63,935 bases of DNA, filler included, from Rhizaria sp. SCN 62-66 (GCA_001724265.1; 5 parts of 5 records of this genome joined end to end with filler, not necessarily neighbours in it), one strand, 5' to 3'. Shown: positions 1 to 11,793, counted from the first letter of the whole stretch. The notes: a model not told the origin generated them from the letters alone. Numbers and translations are program-made.

Positions 1-1746
1 CGCGGCGGCGGCGTTGTTGGCCGACGCCGCCGCGGCCGCCGCAGCCGCCGCAACGGCCGCGGCGGCGGCAGCAGAGGCCGGCGCGGACGCGGGCCCGGTG
101 GGGTGCGCGAGGTGGGGCGCCATCGCGGCCGCGGCGACGGCGGCAGCCGCAGCGGCCGAGGCGGAGCCAGCGACTGGCGACGGGGAGGGCCCAGACGAGG
201 GCGAGTGGCCGCCGCCACCGCCGCCGCCGTTGCCGCCGTCCATCTCGTCGCCTTTCATCTGCGCGGCCGGGAGGTTCTGGAGCCGATGCGAGATGTCCTG
301 AAAGCGCTGCTCGTGGTTCATCGCGTCCTTGGGGTCCAGCAAGCCGACACCGTTCACACCCGCGGCGCCGGAGGGGAGCATGGCGACTGGGTACGCGCCG
401 GGCTGGCCGCCCCCCACGGCCGCGGCGGCGGCGGCGGCAGCGGCCGAGGATGTGCGCTGCTTGCCGGTCTTGACGAGCTCGGAGATCTCGAGTGCGAGCG
501 ATGGGAACGAGTCGAGCTGTGGACCCCCGTTGAGCGACTTCTGCGCCTTGCGGGCGATCGCGCAGAGGTTCTCGAAACGGCGGATCACGTCGTCGCGCGT
601 GCGGGATGTCACCGTGCCAGTCGTCTGGAAGAGGAAACAGAGCGCGCGGGCGCAAGAGAGGAGCACACAGAGAGATGAGGAGGAAGAGCCAAGAAGCAAG
701 GTTAGGTGAGGTAAAGCATTACGGAAAGCTTTGCAGAACGAGCAGAACGCGGCGGATCGCACTGATAATATTTGAAGAAGGGAGAGAATGAGTGAAAGAA
801 AAGGGACGTACGAGAAAACGGTTTGAGAACTCATCATAGGCATTCTGCCACGAGATGGCGTTGCGAGGGCATTGGTCCACGATGACCTGGAGCAGCACTG
901 TGGTTGACCGAGAGCACCAGAAGAAGTGAAGTAAATGAGAGTTTGTGCGATGAAACGATCATTGAGGGGGCAAAAAAAGAAATGACGTGAGATTAACGTG
1001 GTTAAGAATGCATAAAGAAAATATTTTCACACGTATAGCGACCAGGTGTGATATAAAACGATACGGGGAGGGGTGTGACTGGTCGTCTGTGGTGGAAGAA
1101 AGCGCGGGAACTCGAAATACAAGGCAGAACGATGTCAAAACGAAGCGGAATTCAAATATGAGGGGCGGAGCACGGTTTACCACATGTTGGTGCTCTATAA
1201 CGTACGCTGGGTTTCTTGCTGGTTCCAATTCTTGCGTCCGGTCTTACCGCCGACGCGGCGGACCTGGACCGCCGCCTGCTGAGGCTGGGTGTGGACCACC
1301 ATTTGGCCCGCGCCAACCTGCTGCTGCGGCACGACGGGGAGCTGCGGCACCATGTGCTGCGGCTGCTGCTGCTGCACGGGGCCCTGCAGCGCGGCCGGGT
1401 GCGTCGGCTGCGGCGGCTGGTGGTGCGCCGCCGCGGCCTGGGCGTGCTGCTGCAGCGACATGGGCTGCAACGGACCGGGAAGTCCAATGACAGGAGTAGG
1501 CAATCCGGGCGTATTCGCAGGACCCTGGCCCACGGCCACGGGGCCCATGACCATCTGCTGTTGCGTCTGAGGGTGCATCAACTGCATATGCAGCATGCTG
1601 TCGTGTGTCATCGGCGGAACGGCCTGGACCGAGCTCATCTGGGCGTCGTGGGGAAACACCAAAAAGGCGTTCTCATCCGCCCTTTTGTGAGTCGTGAACC
1701 CAGAATCAATTCGGGGTTTTTTGGTACCCTGACCCCCCGATGACAT
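1..1746 (-). CDS. Myb/SANT (trihelix-like) DNA-binding protein with Gln-rich N-terminus; 3 exons (~1746-1206, 897-812, 624-<1), 3' end outside window
   Basis: Splicing at GTACGT...CAG sites joins NWNQQETQ/LLLQVIVDQCPRNAISWQNAYDEFSNRFL/TTGTVTSRTRDDVIRRFENL in frame, a Trp-spaced three-helix Myb/SANT-like pattern. Start codon uncertain. Confidence 0.65.
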
Positions 1747-3234
1747 CAGGCTAATACATAAAAGCAACGAAAAAAGGGTGACTTTAAGTAAGTGCAAATT
1801 TTGAAGTGTCCTGATGAAAGTGCTTAGAGGGATGTAAGGGCTCGCTCCCCCCCTTATCTGGTCTAAGACCTTCGAGACCGCCCAGCCAGTCGCAGAGAGA
1901 AGCGAGACTCACTCAACGAAGTGACTGTGAGCAGCTAGTCCACGTTCCGAAAAATTCAGGGATGCGAATATTTAAAATGCCCGCAGAGAGATGTAAGCAG
2001 CTGCAAATAAGTGTTGAGTAGTTAATTTGACCTTTGGTCAGTTAATTGTATACAGTGGTAATACTCATTGCGCTTGCGAAAAACGGGAATGCCTTGTATC
2101 AAGGTCGTTTGACTTGATAGAGCGATCCCGGTCAACCCCTCTTGGCGCAGCTCTTACTAAGGAAATGTGCTTCTTGATATCGCTATATTGAGGAGTTTCG
2201 TAGGTGTCTTGTTTATATGGGCTGTTTAATGTATATATTTTGAATGTATGCACTGGTAGTTGTTTCATCCTGACTCTCCACGTGGCTTGGGAATGAGCAA
2301 ACTAGGCTCTTCGCTCTCTTGCAGTCACACTCTTTCCCTGTCTAAGGACTACTTAACGGAGGACTCTTTGTATCCAACCGTAGTTAATGATGTCTGCTCT
2401 ACCGAATAGCATATTAATGCTGTATCTTTTCCTCTTCAACGTCACGATGAACCTCTGACACGATGAAAGTCACCGCATTGTTATGCTATCGTGACTTGTT
2501 GGCCGTCATATACGGTTCTTATATGCGTATTCTAGGTCCAACGTGATCTTTGGAGCTGTGTCATGCTAAGCTGTAACACATACAGAGGCGACATGCCTCC
2601 AATCTTCTGTTTGTGCCAATCTTTGTTGTTGAGAAGAACTGACTCCATCTGTGGTCACCGCTTATAATCAATATCGGGCTTGTGTCTGAAAAATAAAAAC
2701 AGTTTGGTGTCGTTTATTAAAACATATCTTGCGTATTACCAAGAGTTCAGCTTTTTTTGCGTTTGTGACGGCCTAGATGTTCTTGGGTTTGTGCTTTGGA
2801 AGAGGCACTTCGCGTCTTCGTTGGACTCGGTGGGCCGAAAAAATCAGGGACGCTCACTAAGTTGCCCACGGTCACTCGTCTCCTTGGAGGACTGGGAACG
2901 ACTTCCAGGGGGTTTACACGGCCAGATAGCAGCTTTGGTGACACTTTATTTTTGTAGACATACTATTCGAAACCTATTTATTACATGCTCTGCTGGTGTT
3001 GCTCCTAGTCGTTTTGCCGCTGCTCTAGGACGACCGTGCTCTGCTCCTCTAGGCGGGGTGATGAAGGAGTTGTGGCTTTGCCTTCCCACTCGCTTTTCCG
3101 CCCAAGGCTCCGCCCAAACACTACATGCTATCTATATTACATAGGTTTTATTTGAATACCCCTTGCCATTATGCTCTTGTTCGCTCACGTATTTGTTTTC
3201 CCATCTTGCTGTGCCTTCTTCATTAGTGTTGGAG

Positions 3235-6200
3235 ATGGGCCGATTCTGGGCCATTATCCTTCTTTGCTTGGTAGCTCAAGCATTCGCAACGGGAGTTGCG
3301 GAGCGTACGTTCTCTTTCCCAGCTTTCCTTGTCCTTTTCTATCTCTCCGTTGATGTCACATCCGCCGCTGACGCGATCCTGATGCACTGTGCCCTGCCCT
3401 TGCCCTTCGTTCTCCTTCGCCCCTCTCTCACTTCATCCAACTCACCACTCCACTTGCCTTCTCTCCCTCGTCTCTGTCACCCGCCTTTGCTCTTGTCACC
3501 TCCTGTACTCCGCACGCGTCTCACTCTCTCTCCCCCGTCCGCAGCTGAGCGCCCGGCGGAGACCACGTCGGTCACGACGACGCCGTCCCCAGCGGCCGCC
3601 GTGCCCGCCGCCCCCACCACAGCTGCTCCTGCCGCTGCCGCCGCCGCCGCTGCGAGCATCCCGATCGCGGGCGGCGGCCAGTCCCTGGCGCCCGGCGCGA
3701 GCCCGATCGGCTGGCGCCGCGGCGACGTGTGCTACAAGTGGGAGCGTCTGCGCTCTACGGCCCGCGCCGTGCAGCCGCTCGCGCTCGACATGCAGTCCCG
3801 CGCCAACATCCACACCTGGACCTGGGCCGACACCACCTCCGCAGCAAACAGCTCGACCGCCAACAGCAACGCCAACGCGAACAAGGTTGAGTCGGAGTTT
3901 GTGTTCGCGTGGGGCGGATGCGCGCCAGCCCACGGCGCGACGCGCTCGCTCGAGCACTGCTCGCCTGCTCTCGCGCGCTTCCACCCCTACACGCAGACGT
4001 GGGCGCCCGTCGATCTGGTCGACGCCGCCGTGCCCGAGCTTCCCGCGGCCAACTTCCGCGCCGAGGCCGCCGCGGGCGCGTTCCACGCCGAGTCCAACAC
4101 CTACTACCTCTTCGGCGGTAAGCGCGTTCCCTCCGCGGCCGACATCGCCGCGTCGGAGCACGCACAGGCCGCGCTGTCCAACGTGCTGTCGGCCATCGTC
4201 CCGGCGCCCTCGGCTGCGTCCTCCGCGCGCTACGCCGTGAAGCCTGTGCCGACCCGCGGCGCAGTCCCGCCCGCGCTCTCTGGCGCGCGCCTCGCTCCGG
4301 CCGGCTCTCACGCGCTCGTGCTCTTCGGCGGCTTCGCCGTCGACGGCGGGCTCAACGACGACATCTACGTGCTGCCCCTGCGCGGGCCCGCGGCATTCGA
4401 GTGGCGCAAGCTCCCGCGCCCCGTGCCCGCCCCCGTGTCGGGCGTCGACATCGACTCGATGGCCGTCGTCACCCCGGCCGGCCGCGTCGGCCACGTCTTC
4501 ACCACGCTCCCCGCGCTGCCCGCGGACCGCGCCGACGCCGCCGACGCGGACGCCGCGGACCGCACGCACCGCTTCCTGCTCCACGGCGGCTCCGACGGCG
4601 TCGCAACGCTGTTCGACGCCTGGGAGCTTCTGCTTACCGGTGACGTCGCAGGCCACCTGGGTCCCGCCAAGCCCGCCGGCGACAGCGCCGCGCCGCTCGC
4701 CACGTGGCGCCGCCTGACGCTGGGCACCGCGCCGGGCGCCACGGCCCCTGCGGCGCGCGCGCACCACTCGATCGCCTTCACTTCTTTCGCAGAGTTCGGC
4801 CCGTTCCGCGCACTCGTCTTCGGCGGCTGCGACGCCGCGCGCGACGCCTGCTTCGACGACGTCGCACTGCTCGACACCATCAACTGGCGTTGGGAGGTGC
4901 TCCCGGCGTCCCTCGCCGCCTCGGCCTACCCGCCCAGCACCAACTCCGCCGCCGCATCGGCCGCGACGGTGATCGGCGATGAGGCGTCTCTGCGCGGCGC
5001 CGGCGCGCTCGCCGCCGCAGCCGTCCGCGCGGCGCAGCGCCGCTCTCCGTCGGCGCGCCGCGGCGTCGCTATGGTGCCGACGCACGGCGGCGAGAAGGTC
5101 CTCTTCCTGGGCGGCTGCGCGCTCGCCGACTGCGCGGGCCCTGCCGAGGGCGCCGGCGCCGTCTTCTCGCTTGACCTCGACGCGCTGTGCCCGGCCTCGT
5201 GCGTCGCCGGCAACGGCGTCTTCGTCGAGGAGGCCCAGGTCGCCGCGCGCCTCCAAGGCGCCCCCGCGCGTCGCGTCGCGCTCACCGTCGGCCACGGCGG
5301 CGCTGGAGCCTCCGGCGCCGCGGCCACCACGCAGGTCTTCGTCGACATGGCTGAAGAGGAGGCCGTAGGTGCGCACTGCGCGTGCGGCGCGATGGCTCAC
5401 GGCAAGTTTTGTCAGCAGCTGCTCGACTGCCCCGCCGGGTGCTCGGGCCACGGCGACTGCGTGGGGCCCGCGGGCAAGAAGTTCTGCCAGTGCCGCGAGG
5501 GCTTCTGGGGCGCCGACTGCGCGACGCCGCAGTGCCGCCGCAACTGCTCCGGCCGCGGTGTGTGCCGCGCGGGGCCCAATCCGCTGTATGCGACCCTCAC
5601 GCCCTTTTCCTTCGCGTCCATGCTCATGGGCTCCGAGACCGGGCTCGTGGTGCTGGCGCCCGGCGTCAACACCAGCGCAGTCACCGGCAACGCCGTCGGC
5701 AACGGCACGCTCGCGGGCGCCAACGGCACCGCGGCCAACGGCACGGCGGGCGCCAACGGTACGGCCGCTGTGGCGGCGTCTGGCTCCGGCACGACCCCGG
5801 CCGCGCTGCAGGTGCTGCTGGGCCTGTCTGACCAGGCCAAGGCGCGCGCCAAGGAGATCTGGTTCAAGTCGCAGTCGCACTGCGAATGCTCGCAGGGCTT
5901 CTTCGGCAAGGAGTGCGCGCTCACCAAGGACGCCGCGCTCGAGACCGTGGGCGTGACGTGCCCCAACGGCTGCTCGGGCCACGGCCTGTGCGACCCCGTG
6001 GCCGGTACCTGCCAGTGCCAGGCTGGCTTCTCCGGGCTCGCCTGTAACATCGAGTGCCCGTCCGACTGCTCGGGCCACGGCGTGTGCTCGCACGACGGCG
6101 TGTGCAAGTGTGAGCCCGGCTTCGTCGGCCCGGACTGCTCAGTGCGTGAGTGCCTCGTCGACTGCTCCGGCAACGGCGAGTGCGACGACATCTCTGGCCA

Positions 6201-9200
6201 GTGTAAGTGCACGCCGGGCTGGGGTGGCGTCTTCTGCCAGCTCCGCACCGCGTGCTCGGGCCACGGCAAGTTCGTCAACGGCAAATGCGTCTGCGACGCC
6301 GGCTACGGCAACGCCGAGTGCTCGCAGCAGGTCACCTGCGCTGGCGGCTGCTCTGACCGCGGCACGTGTGTCGCCGTCGAGCCGCTCAAGCAGGAGTCGC
6401 GTCTGCTCGCCAAGCCTGTCGCCGACGCGGCCTCGCTAGCGCTGCTCGAGGAGGACCCGTCGGCCGCGCTGGTCGAAGTCCCCGACGGGACGGGCGAGGA
6501 CGGGCGTGTGCTGACCAAGCTGCAGCCGCTGGCCGCCGTGGTGGACCCGTCGGTGCCGATCGCGGGCCAGTGCCAGTGCGCGCGCGGCTGGCGCGGCGCG
6601 CAGTGCGCCCAGCGTGCGTGCGCGCACAAGTGCCGCCATGGCGAGTGCGACGACCTGGGTCAGTGCAAGTGCTGGCCCGGCCACACGGGCGTCGACTGCT
6701 CCATCCCTGTGCCGTGCCCCAACAACTGCACGTCGTCGACGTCGGCCAATGCCGCGGGCGCCAAGCTCGCCCCGCACGGCGTGTGCCAGGTCTCGGGCGT
6801 CTGCCTCTGCAACAAGGGCTGGTCGGGCACTGACTGCGCCACGGCCGACTGCCCCAACGGCTGCTCCGGCAAGGGCTCCTGCGCCGACGGACACTGCTAC
6901 TGCGACAAGGGCTTTTCGGGGCTTGACTGCTCCGTCGCCTGCCCCAAGGGCTGCTCGGGTCACGGCGAGTGCGTCACGGGCGGCAAGTGCGCCTGTTTCC
7001 CGGGCTACGAGGGCGCCGACTGCACGCTGCTTTCGCAGTGCCCGCGCTCTCTGACGGGCGGCGAGTGCTCCGGCCGCGGCTTCTGCGACCGCGCGCGCAA
7101 GACGTGTCTCTGCGAGCCCGGCTTCACGGGCGCCGACTGCAGCAAAACGGAGGGCGAGTGCGACGCCGACACGTGCGGCCACCATGGCACGTGCCGCAAC
7201 GGACAGTGCTTCTGCGACCTGGGCTACTCCGGCAAGCGGTGCGAGGTCGCCAACCAGTGCGTCGACGCGTGCAACGCGCGCGGTTTCTGCCAGCACGGCC
7301 GCTGCCACTGCTACCCGGGTTACGAGGGCGACTCGTGCGAGACGCCCGTGGCCGATACCACGTGCCCCAGCGGGTGCAACAAGAACGGCTTCTGCATGCA
7401 CGGCCGCTGCTTCTGCCAGGAGGGCTTCACGGGCCCCGACTGCGCCACGCCCGCCGGCTTCTGCGCCAACAACACGTGCTCCGGCAACGGCGTGTGCCGC
7501 CATGGCAAGTGCCACTGTCAGCCGGGCGCGTCGGGCGTGCGCTGCGAGCTAGGCGGCTGCCGCAAGTGCGAGGCCGGCCGCGGCATCTGCATCCTCGGCC
7601 AGTGCCACTGCCTGCCCGGCTTCACGGGGCCCGACTGCGCACAGGAGCTCACATGTCCCAACTCGTGCTTCGGCAAGGGCGTCTGCATTCTCGGCGCCTG
7701 CGCCTGCTTGCCCGGCTACTCGGGCCACGACTGCTCCTCTGCGACGGGCGCCCAACCTGCGCCGACTCCGACCGCCGTCACGACGGGCCCCGCGCTCACG
7801 TGCCCCAACGGATGCAACGGCAAGGGCGTGTGCCGCGACGGCAAGTGCTACTGCGTTGGCGGCTTCGAGGGCCTCGACTGCGGCATCGAGCGCGAGGCCG
7901 CGTGCCCGATGAACTGCGGCGGCACCCCGCCGCTGTACAATCAGCGCGGCACGTGCCGCTACGGCAAGTGCTGGTGCAAGCCCGGGTTCGAGGGCGTGGC
8001 GTGCGAGCAGGAGCTCTTTTGCTCCGACAAGTGCACGCAGAACGGCGTCTGCCACTACGGCGAGTGCCACTGCTTGCCCGGCTTCACCGGCAAGGACTGC
8101 GACGTGGTGCAGATGATCAACTCGACCATCTCGGCCTGGGCCGCCCCCGCCGTCGCCGCGGGCGCCGCCATCGCCGTCTCGGACGCCACGGCTTCGGCTG
8201 TCGCCAAGACTACGGCGTCGCCTGTGTCGACGTTCCTTGACACGTCTACCACGGTGCGCCCCGCGCTCACCCCGGCCGCCGTCTTTGCGCTCCTCGCCAC
8301 GTCCACCACAAATACCTCCACCACCACGGCCCCTGCGCCTGCGACTGCTTCGGCCGCCCACGCGAACGCGAATGCGAACGCCACTGCGAGCAACGCCACG
8401 AGCAGCAACGGTGCGGTGCTGACGTCTCCGTCCGCGTCGCCCACCGCGTCGACGGCCAACGTGACGTCGTCGCCGCTGACGGCCGAGCTGGCCGTGAAGC
8501 CGCTCTTCAACAACACTGAAGTTGCAAGCCTCGTCGCTGCGCTCAACGCCTCGGCCTACTCGCCCACGCACGACTCTGAGCAGCCCATCGGGTACTCGGC
8601 GACGGGCTTCGCGCTGCCCGAGACGCTCTCGGCGCTGGTCAAGCCCTGCGGCGGCGAGTCGCACGGCTGCGGTCAGCACGGGCTGTGCGTCGAGACGGCC
8701 GGACAGATGCAGTGCGTGTGCGAGCCTGGCTACACGGGACCGGACTGCTCGCTCGTCACTGGCGGCCAGCTCTGGCACCGCTGCCCGCAGGCCTGCAACA
8801 AGCGCGGGCTGTGTCTTCTGGGCCGTTGCTACTGCGATCTGGGCTTTCAGGGTCCCTCGTGCGAGGAGAAGATCGACATCCCGTGCCCAAACAACTGCTC
8901 CGGCTACGGCCAGTGCTCGTTCGGCAAGTGCTTCTGCCAGCCCGGCTTCGCGGGTCCCGCCTGCGACAAGATCATCCCCTGCTCCAAGCTCTGCGGCGCG
9001 CACGGCATCTGCTTCAAGTCCCAGTGTGTGTGCGCCAAGGGCTACGCTGGTGAGTTCTGCCAGCTGCCCTCGGTGCGCCTCGGCGCCGGCCCGTCGCTAC
9101 CCGCCGCGCCTATCGGCGACGCCTTCAACGACACGTCGCTCTTCCACCACTTTCTCGAGACGGGCGCGCGCGCCGCGACCGATGACGAAGGCCTCGCCGT

Positions 9201-9879
9201 CCTCGTCGAAGCCGACGCCGACGCCGACGCTGACGGCACCGCCGCGGCCCACGCCGACGCCGACGCCGACGCCGAGACAGCTGCGCTGTCGCTGCTCGAG
9301 ACTGCGTCGACCGCGGCTGCCGTGCAGGCCGCGGCGTCGCTGGCGCGTCTCCCTGTGTCGATCACGGTCGCGCCCGACGAGGCGTCCTCGGCCGCCTGCA
9401 CGGACTCGTGCGGCGCACACGGCCGCTGCATCGCGGGCCGCTGCTTCTGCGAGGCCGGCTTCGCGGGCGCGGCGTGCTCGGTGCGCGTCGACGAGACGAG
9501 CGCGCCCGCACTGCTGCTGCACAACGCCTACAACACGGCACAGCTCTCGTCCACGGGCGCCGACGCGACCGTGGGCTTGGGAGCGAGCGTGGCCGCTCTG
9601 GCCGAGCGCTGGCGCCGCCGCGTGTCGGGTGCGCTGGGCGCCACGGCCACGCTCGTGCCTCTGGGCGCGGACTGGACGCTGTCACCGCTCACGCTCGCCG
9701 CCGCCGCGCTCGCTGCGGGCGCGCTGGTCAACTATCTCATGCAACGCCTCGCTGAGAGCAAGACGGCGCGCCTCGAGGCCGCCGCGCGCGACACGCACAT
9801 GATGCCGCTGCTGCGCCCCGCCACCTCCTCCGCTGCCGCCGCTGCTGCTGCTGCGGCTGCTGTGGCTGAGGGCAAGTAA
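3235..9879 (+). CDS. Large cell-surface protein: signal peptide, Kelch-like repeats, about 30 tenascin-type EGF repeats, C-terminal hydrophobic anchor
   Basis: MGRFWAIILLCLVAQAFA signal peptide; Kelch-like LFGG/LHGG/VFGG/FLGG motifs; many CPxxCSGHGxC...CxCxxGFxGxDC repeats; C-terminal LTLAAAALAAGALVNYLM. Probable in-frame 240-nt intron 3305-3544 (GTACGT...pyrimidine tract...CAG). Ends TAA. Confidence 0.85.
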   Translation: MGRFWAIILLCLVAQAFATGVAERTFSFPAFLVLFYLSVDVTSAADAILMHCALPLPFVLLRPSLTSSNSPLHLPSLPRLCHPPLLLSPPVLRTRLTLSPPSAAERPAETTSVTTTPSPAAAVPAAPTTAAPAAAAAAAASIPIAGGGQSLAPGASPIGWRRGDVCYKWERLRSTARAVQPLALDMQSRANIHTWTWADTTSAANSSTANSNANANKVESEFVFAWGGCAPAHGATRSLEHCSPALARFHPYTQTWAPVDLVDAAVPELPAANFRAEAAAGAFHAESNTYYLFGGKRVPSAADIAASEHAQAALSNVLSAIVPAPSAASSARYAVKPVPTRGAVPPALSGARLAPAGSHALVLFGGFAVDGGLNDDIYVLPLRGPAAFEWRKLPRPVPAPVSGVDIDSMAVVTPAGRVGHVFTTLPALPADRADAADADAADRTHRFLLHGGSDGVATLFDAWELLLTGDVAGHLGPAKPAGDSAAPLATWRRLTLGTAPGATAPAARAHHSIAFTSFAEFGPFRALVFGGCDAARDACFDDVALLDTINWRWEVLPASLAASAYPPSTNSAAASAATVIGDEASLRGAGALAAAAVRAAQRRSPSARRGVAMVPTHGGEKVLFLGGCALADCAGPAEGAGAVFSLDLDALCPASCVAGNGVFVEEAQVAARLQGAPARRVALTVGHGGAGASGAAATTQVFVDMAEEEAVGAHCACGAMAHGKFCQQLLDCPAGCSGHGDCVGPAGKKFCQCREGFWGADCATPQCRRNCSGRGVCRAGPNPLYATLTPFSFASMLMGSETGLVVLAPGVNTSAVTGNAVGNGTLAGANGTAANGTAGANGTAAVAASGSGTTPAALQVLLGLSDQAKARAKEIWFKSQSHCECSQGFFGKECALTKDAALETVGVTCPNGCSGHGLCDPVAGTCQCQAGFSGLACNIECPSDCSGHGVCSHDGVCKCEPGFVGPDCSVRECLVDCSGNGECDDISGQCKCTPGWGGVFCQLRTACSGHGKFVNGKCVCDAGYGNAECSQQVTCAGGCSDRGTCVAVEPLKQESRLLAKPVADAASLALLEEDPSAALVEVPDGTGEDGRVLTKLQPLAAVVDPSVPIAGQCQCARGWRGAQCAQRACAHKCRHGECDDLGQCKCWPGHTGVDCSIPVPCPNNCTSSTSANAAGAKLAPHGVCQVSGVCLCNKGWSGTDCATADCPNGCSGKGSCADGHCYCDKGFSGLDCSVACPKGCSGHGECVTGGKCACFPGYEGADCTLLSQCPRSLTGGECSGRGFCDRARKTCLCEPGFTGADCSKTEGECDADTCGHHGTCRNGQCFCDLGYSGKRCEVANQCVDACNARGFCQHGRCHCYPGYEGDSCETPVADTTCPSGCNKNGFCMHGRCFCQEGFTGPDCATPAGFCANNTCSGNGVCRHGKCHCQPGASGVRCELGGCRKCEAGRGICILGQCHCLPGFTGPDCAQELTCPNSCFGKGVCILGACACLPGYSGHDCSSATGAQPAPTPTAVTTGPALTCPNGCNGKGVCRDGKCYCVGGFEGLDCGIEREAACPMNCGGTPPLYNQRGTCRYGKCWCKPGFEGVACEQELFCSDKCTQNGVCHYGECHCLPGFTGKDCDVVQMINSTISAWAAPAVAAGAAIAVSDATASAVAKTTASPVSTFLDTSTTVRPALTPAAVFALLATSTTNTSTTTAPAPATASAAHANANANATASNATSSNGAVLTSPSASPTASTANVTSSPLTAELAVKPLFNNTEVASLVAALNASAYSPTHDSEQPIGYSATGFALPETLSALVKPCGGESHGCGQHGLCVETAGQMQCVCEPGYTGPDCSLVTGGQLWHRCPQACNKRGLCLLGRCYCDLGFQGPSCEEKIDIPCPNNCSGYGQCSFGKCFCQPGFAGPACDKIIPCSKLCGAHGICFKSQCVCAKGYAGEFCQLPSVRLGAGPSLPAAPIGDAFNDTSLFHHFLETGARAATDDEGLAVLVEADADADADGTAAAHADADADAETAALSLLETASTAAAVQAAASLARLPVSITVAPDEASSAACTDSCGAHGRCIAGRCFCEAGFAGAACSVRVDETSAPALLLHNAYNTAQLSSTGADATVGLGASVAALAERWRRRVSGALGATATLVPLGADWTLSPLTLAAAALAAGALVNYLMQRLAESKTARLEAAARDTHMMPLLRPATSSAAAAAAAAAAVAEGK

Positions 9880-11703
9880 AGCACGTGTTTGTGCTATGCT
9901 GTGCCAAGGCGAAGGCTGAGGCTGAGGTTGAGGCTAGTGTGTTAGGTTGGTTGGTCGGTTGAATTAGTCGTGGTGGATGTTGGGGGTGGTGTGTGAGAGA
10001 GTGTGTGTGTGTGTAGTGGGGATGATTTGCACTGGTGAGTGTGAGTCAGTCAGAACAGGAGTACCTAGTGAGTGAATGCTGAGAGGCAAGAGGAGGAGGA
10101 TGATAGAATTTATTAGTCTGTCTGGCTGCACTGCACCGCGAAGACACGGACGCTGTTGTTGCGGCCCTGCGACACTGGCACTGACTGCAGAAACAAGCGG
10201 ATCGCTGATAACTGTGTGACAGTGGAGTGAACGCGGATGGGTGTTGAGCAGTGTGCTGTGTGGTGGGTGGGTTGGAGCGAAGTTGGTGTCGAATAGTTTG
10301 ATGCAGTGATGCAATCGACACGTGTAGGGCATGGGTTGGAGGTTTATTTCGCACAAAGTTGTTTGAACAAAAACAAACATAACTGAAGCAGCAGAGCTAA
10401 CTTCACCCAATACCAAAAAACAAACAAACAAATATATGATATACAAAACAATTCTTTATTTCTTTACCGCGATATTTGTTTTTCCTTTCGGTTCTCACAG
10501 CAAAACCATATATTCGGCGTGCTACATTTTGTCACTTTTCTGTACTACAAGCACTGACCAACCATAATGTCGCATGGGCTGACGGGCAACGTGCCTGTTG
10601 ACTCCGCATCTGTTGTGCGCCCAACCCAGTATTGTAATATACTGCACCTCCACTGTGGTGTGATTTGCCAAGCACGATCAGCGTGATTCTGCAGCGCATT
10701 AGGAGGGGCGACTGTTTTAAGCGACACCGTCGTTGTGCCGTTAGGTGGCTACACAGGGATAAAAAAGGCAAATTAGGCGTGAAATTTGAGTTTAATGAAA
10801 TAACTACAGTGTTACAGTTGAGAAAATTTATGCTATTTACTCGTTAGTAAATTATATGGCACTTTTACCTGTATTATCGATCAATATTTGGTGTAGCAAG
10901 TTGGTGTTCTGGATTCTTGACCAGGTTGTTGAGCGCACTACCGAGCTTGCGTCAATGACATATATCCGCCAAATTTCATCACGTGGCAGAGAAAGGATAC
11001 TAAAACAAAATATTTTGACACCAAAAAGCTTTATAATGACCTATCATACGATATCTTTATTGCACAAACCCCAAAGATTCCCTTTACTCCACCGACTCAC
11101 TTCATCCAATCTTACTCGGTCTATTCTATGCATCACCTAGCTGAAACTACACGCCTAGTAATAGTGACATTTTTTTAGTTCATGTCAAATCCCACTCAGG
11201 AAAATCCAGGCATTCCCTGTTTCAGCACACCCATCGCCTAGTCAGCGTGGTTACGGCGCGTTCATACCTCCCACCACGAAGTCCCTTCCTGTCTTGACAA
11301 CTCTCACGGCACCGCTGCCAGCCCTGCGCCCGCGTCCACGCGTACACACTGGTCTGATGTTGCGCACATGCCATCTTTGGCGGGCAACTCGTCCCTTTTC
11401 GATGCGGTTCAACCCGCAACTGCGAGACCCACCGACTCTACAGTCTCCGCAGCCAGCGCAGTTTCGCCTCCACCCTTTGCTCCGCTTCACCTCTTTACAA
11501 GGACCGAGATCCCTCTTGCAGGACTCCAACACGTAAACCGCCCGCTCGGCGACCACAAGTCTGCCGCGCACGCGCATGCGGGTGTGAGCTTCCTGCCTCC
11601 TGGCAACCCTAGCAGTCACAACAACGGCGATTGCGACGGCTACAGCGTCGACGTTGGCGAGGACAGCCACGCGACGATGTTTGGCCATAATACTCGTCAT
11701 GAG

Positions 11704-11793
11704 TAGGGTTATTAGGGTTATTAGGGTTATTAGGGTTATTAGGGTTATTAGGGTTATTAGGGTTATTAGGGTTATTAGGGTTATTAGGGTTAT
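11704..11793 (+). repeat. Telomeric repeat (TTATTAGGG)n, 10 perfect units at contig end
   Basis: TAGGGTTAT x10 runs up to the contig end, with the G-rich strand 5'->3' towards the end as expected for a chromosome terminus. Confidence 0.9.

Noticed and set aside
1195-1197. TAG ending ORF 1195-1797, an apparent TAG stop
   Set aside because: It lies inside the predicted intron starting GTACGT at 1205, so it says nothing about the code.
3389-9802. Many long overlapping and antisense ORFs (also 17525-22907, 36403-38262, 49568-51829)
   Set aside because: Shadow ORFs expected from very high GC3 coding DNA; Arg/Ala-rich with no recognisable motifs.
9905-10050. GCTGAG and GT-rich simple repeats
   Set aside because: Ordinary 3'-UTR microsatellite-like sequence.
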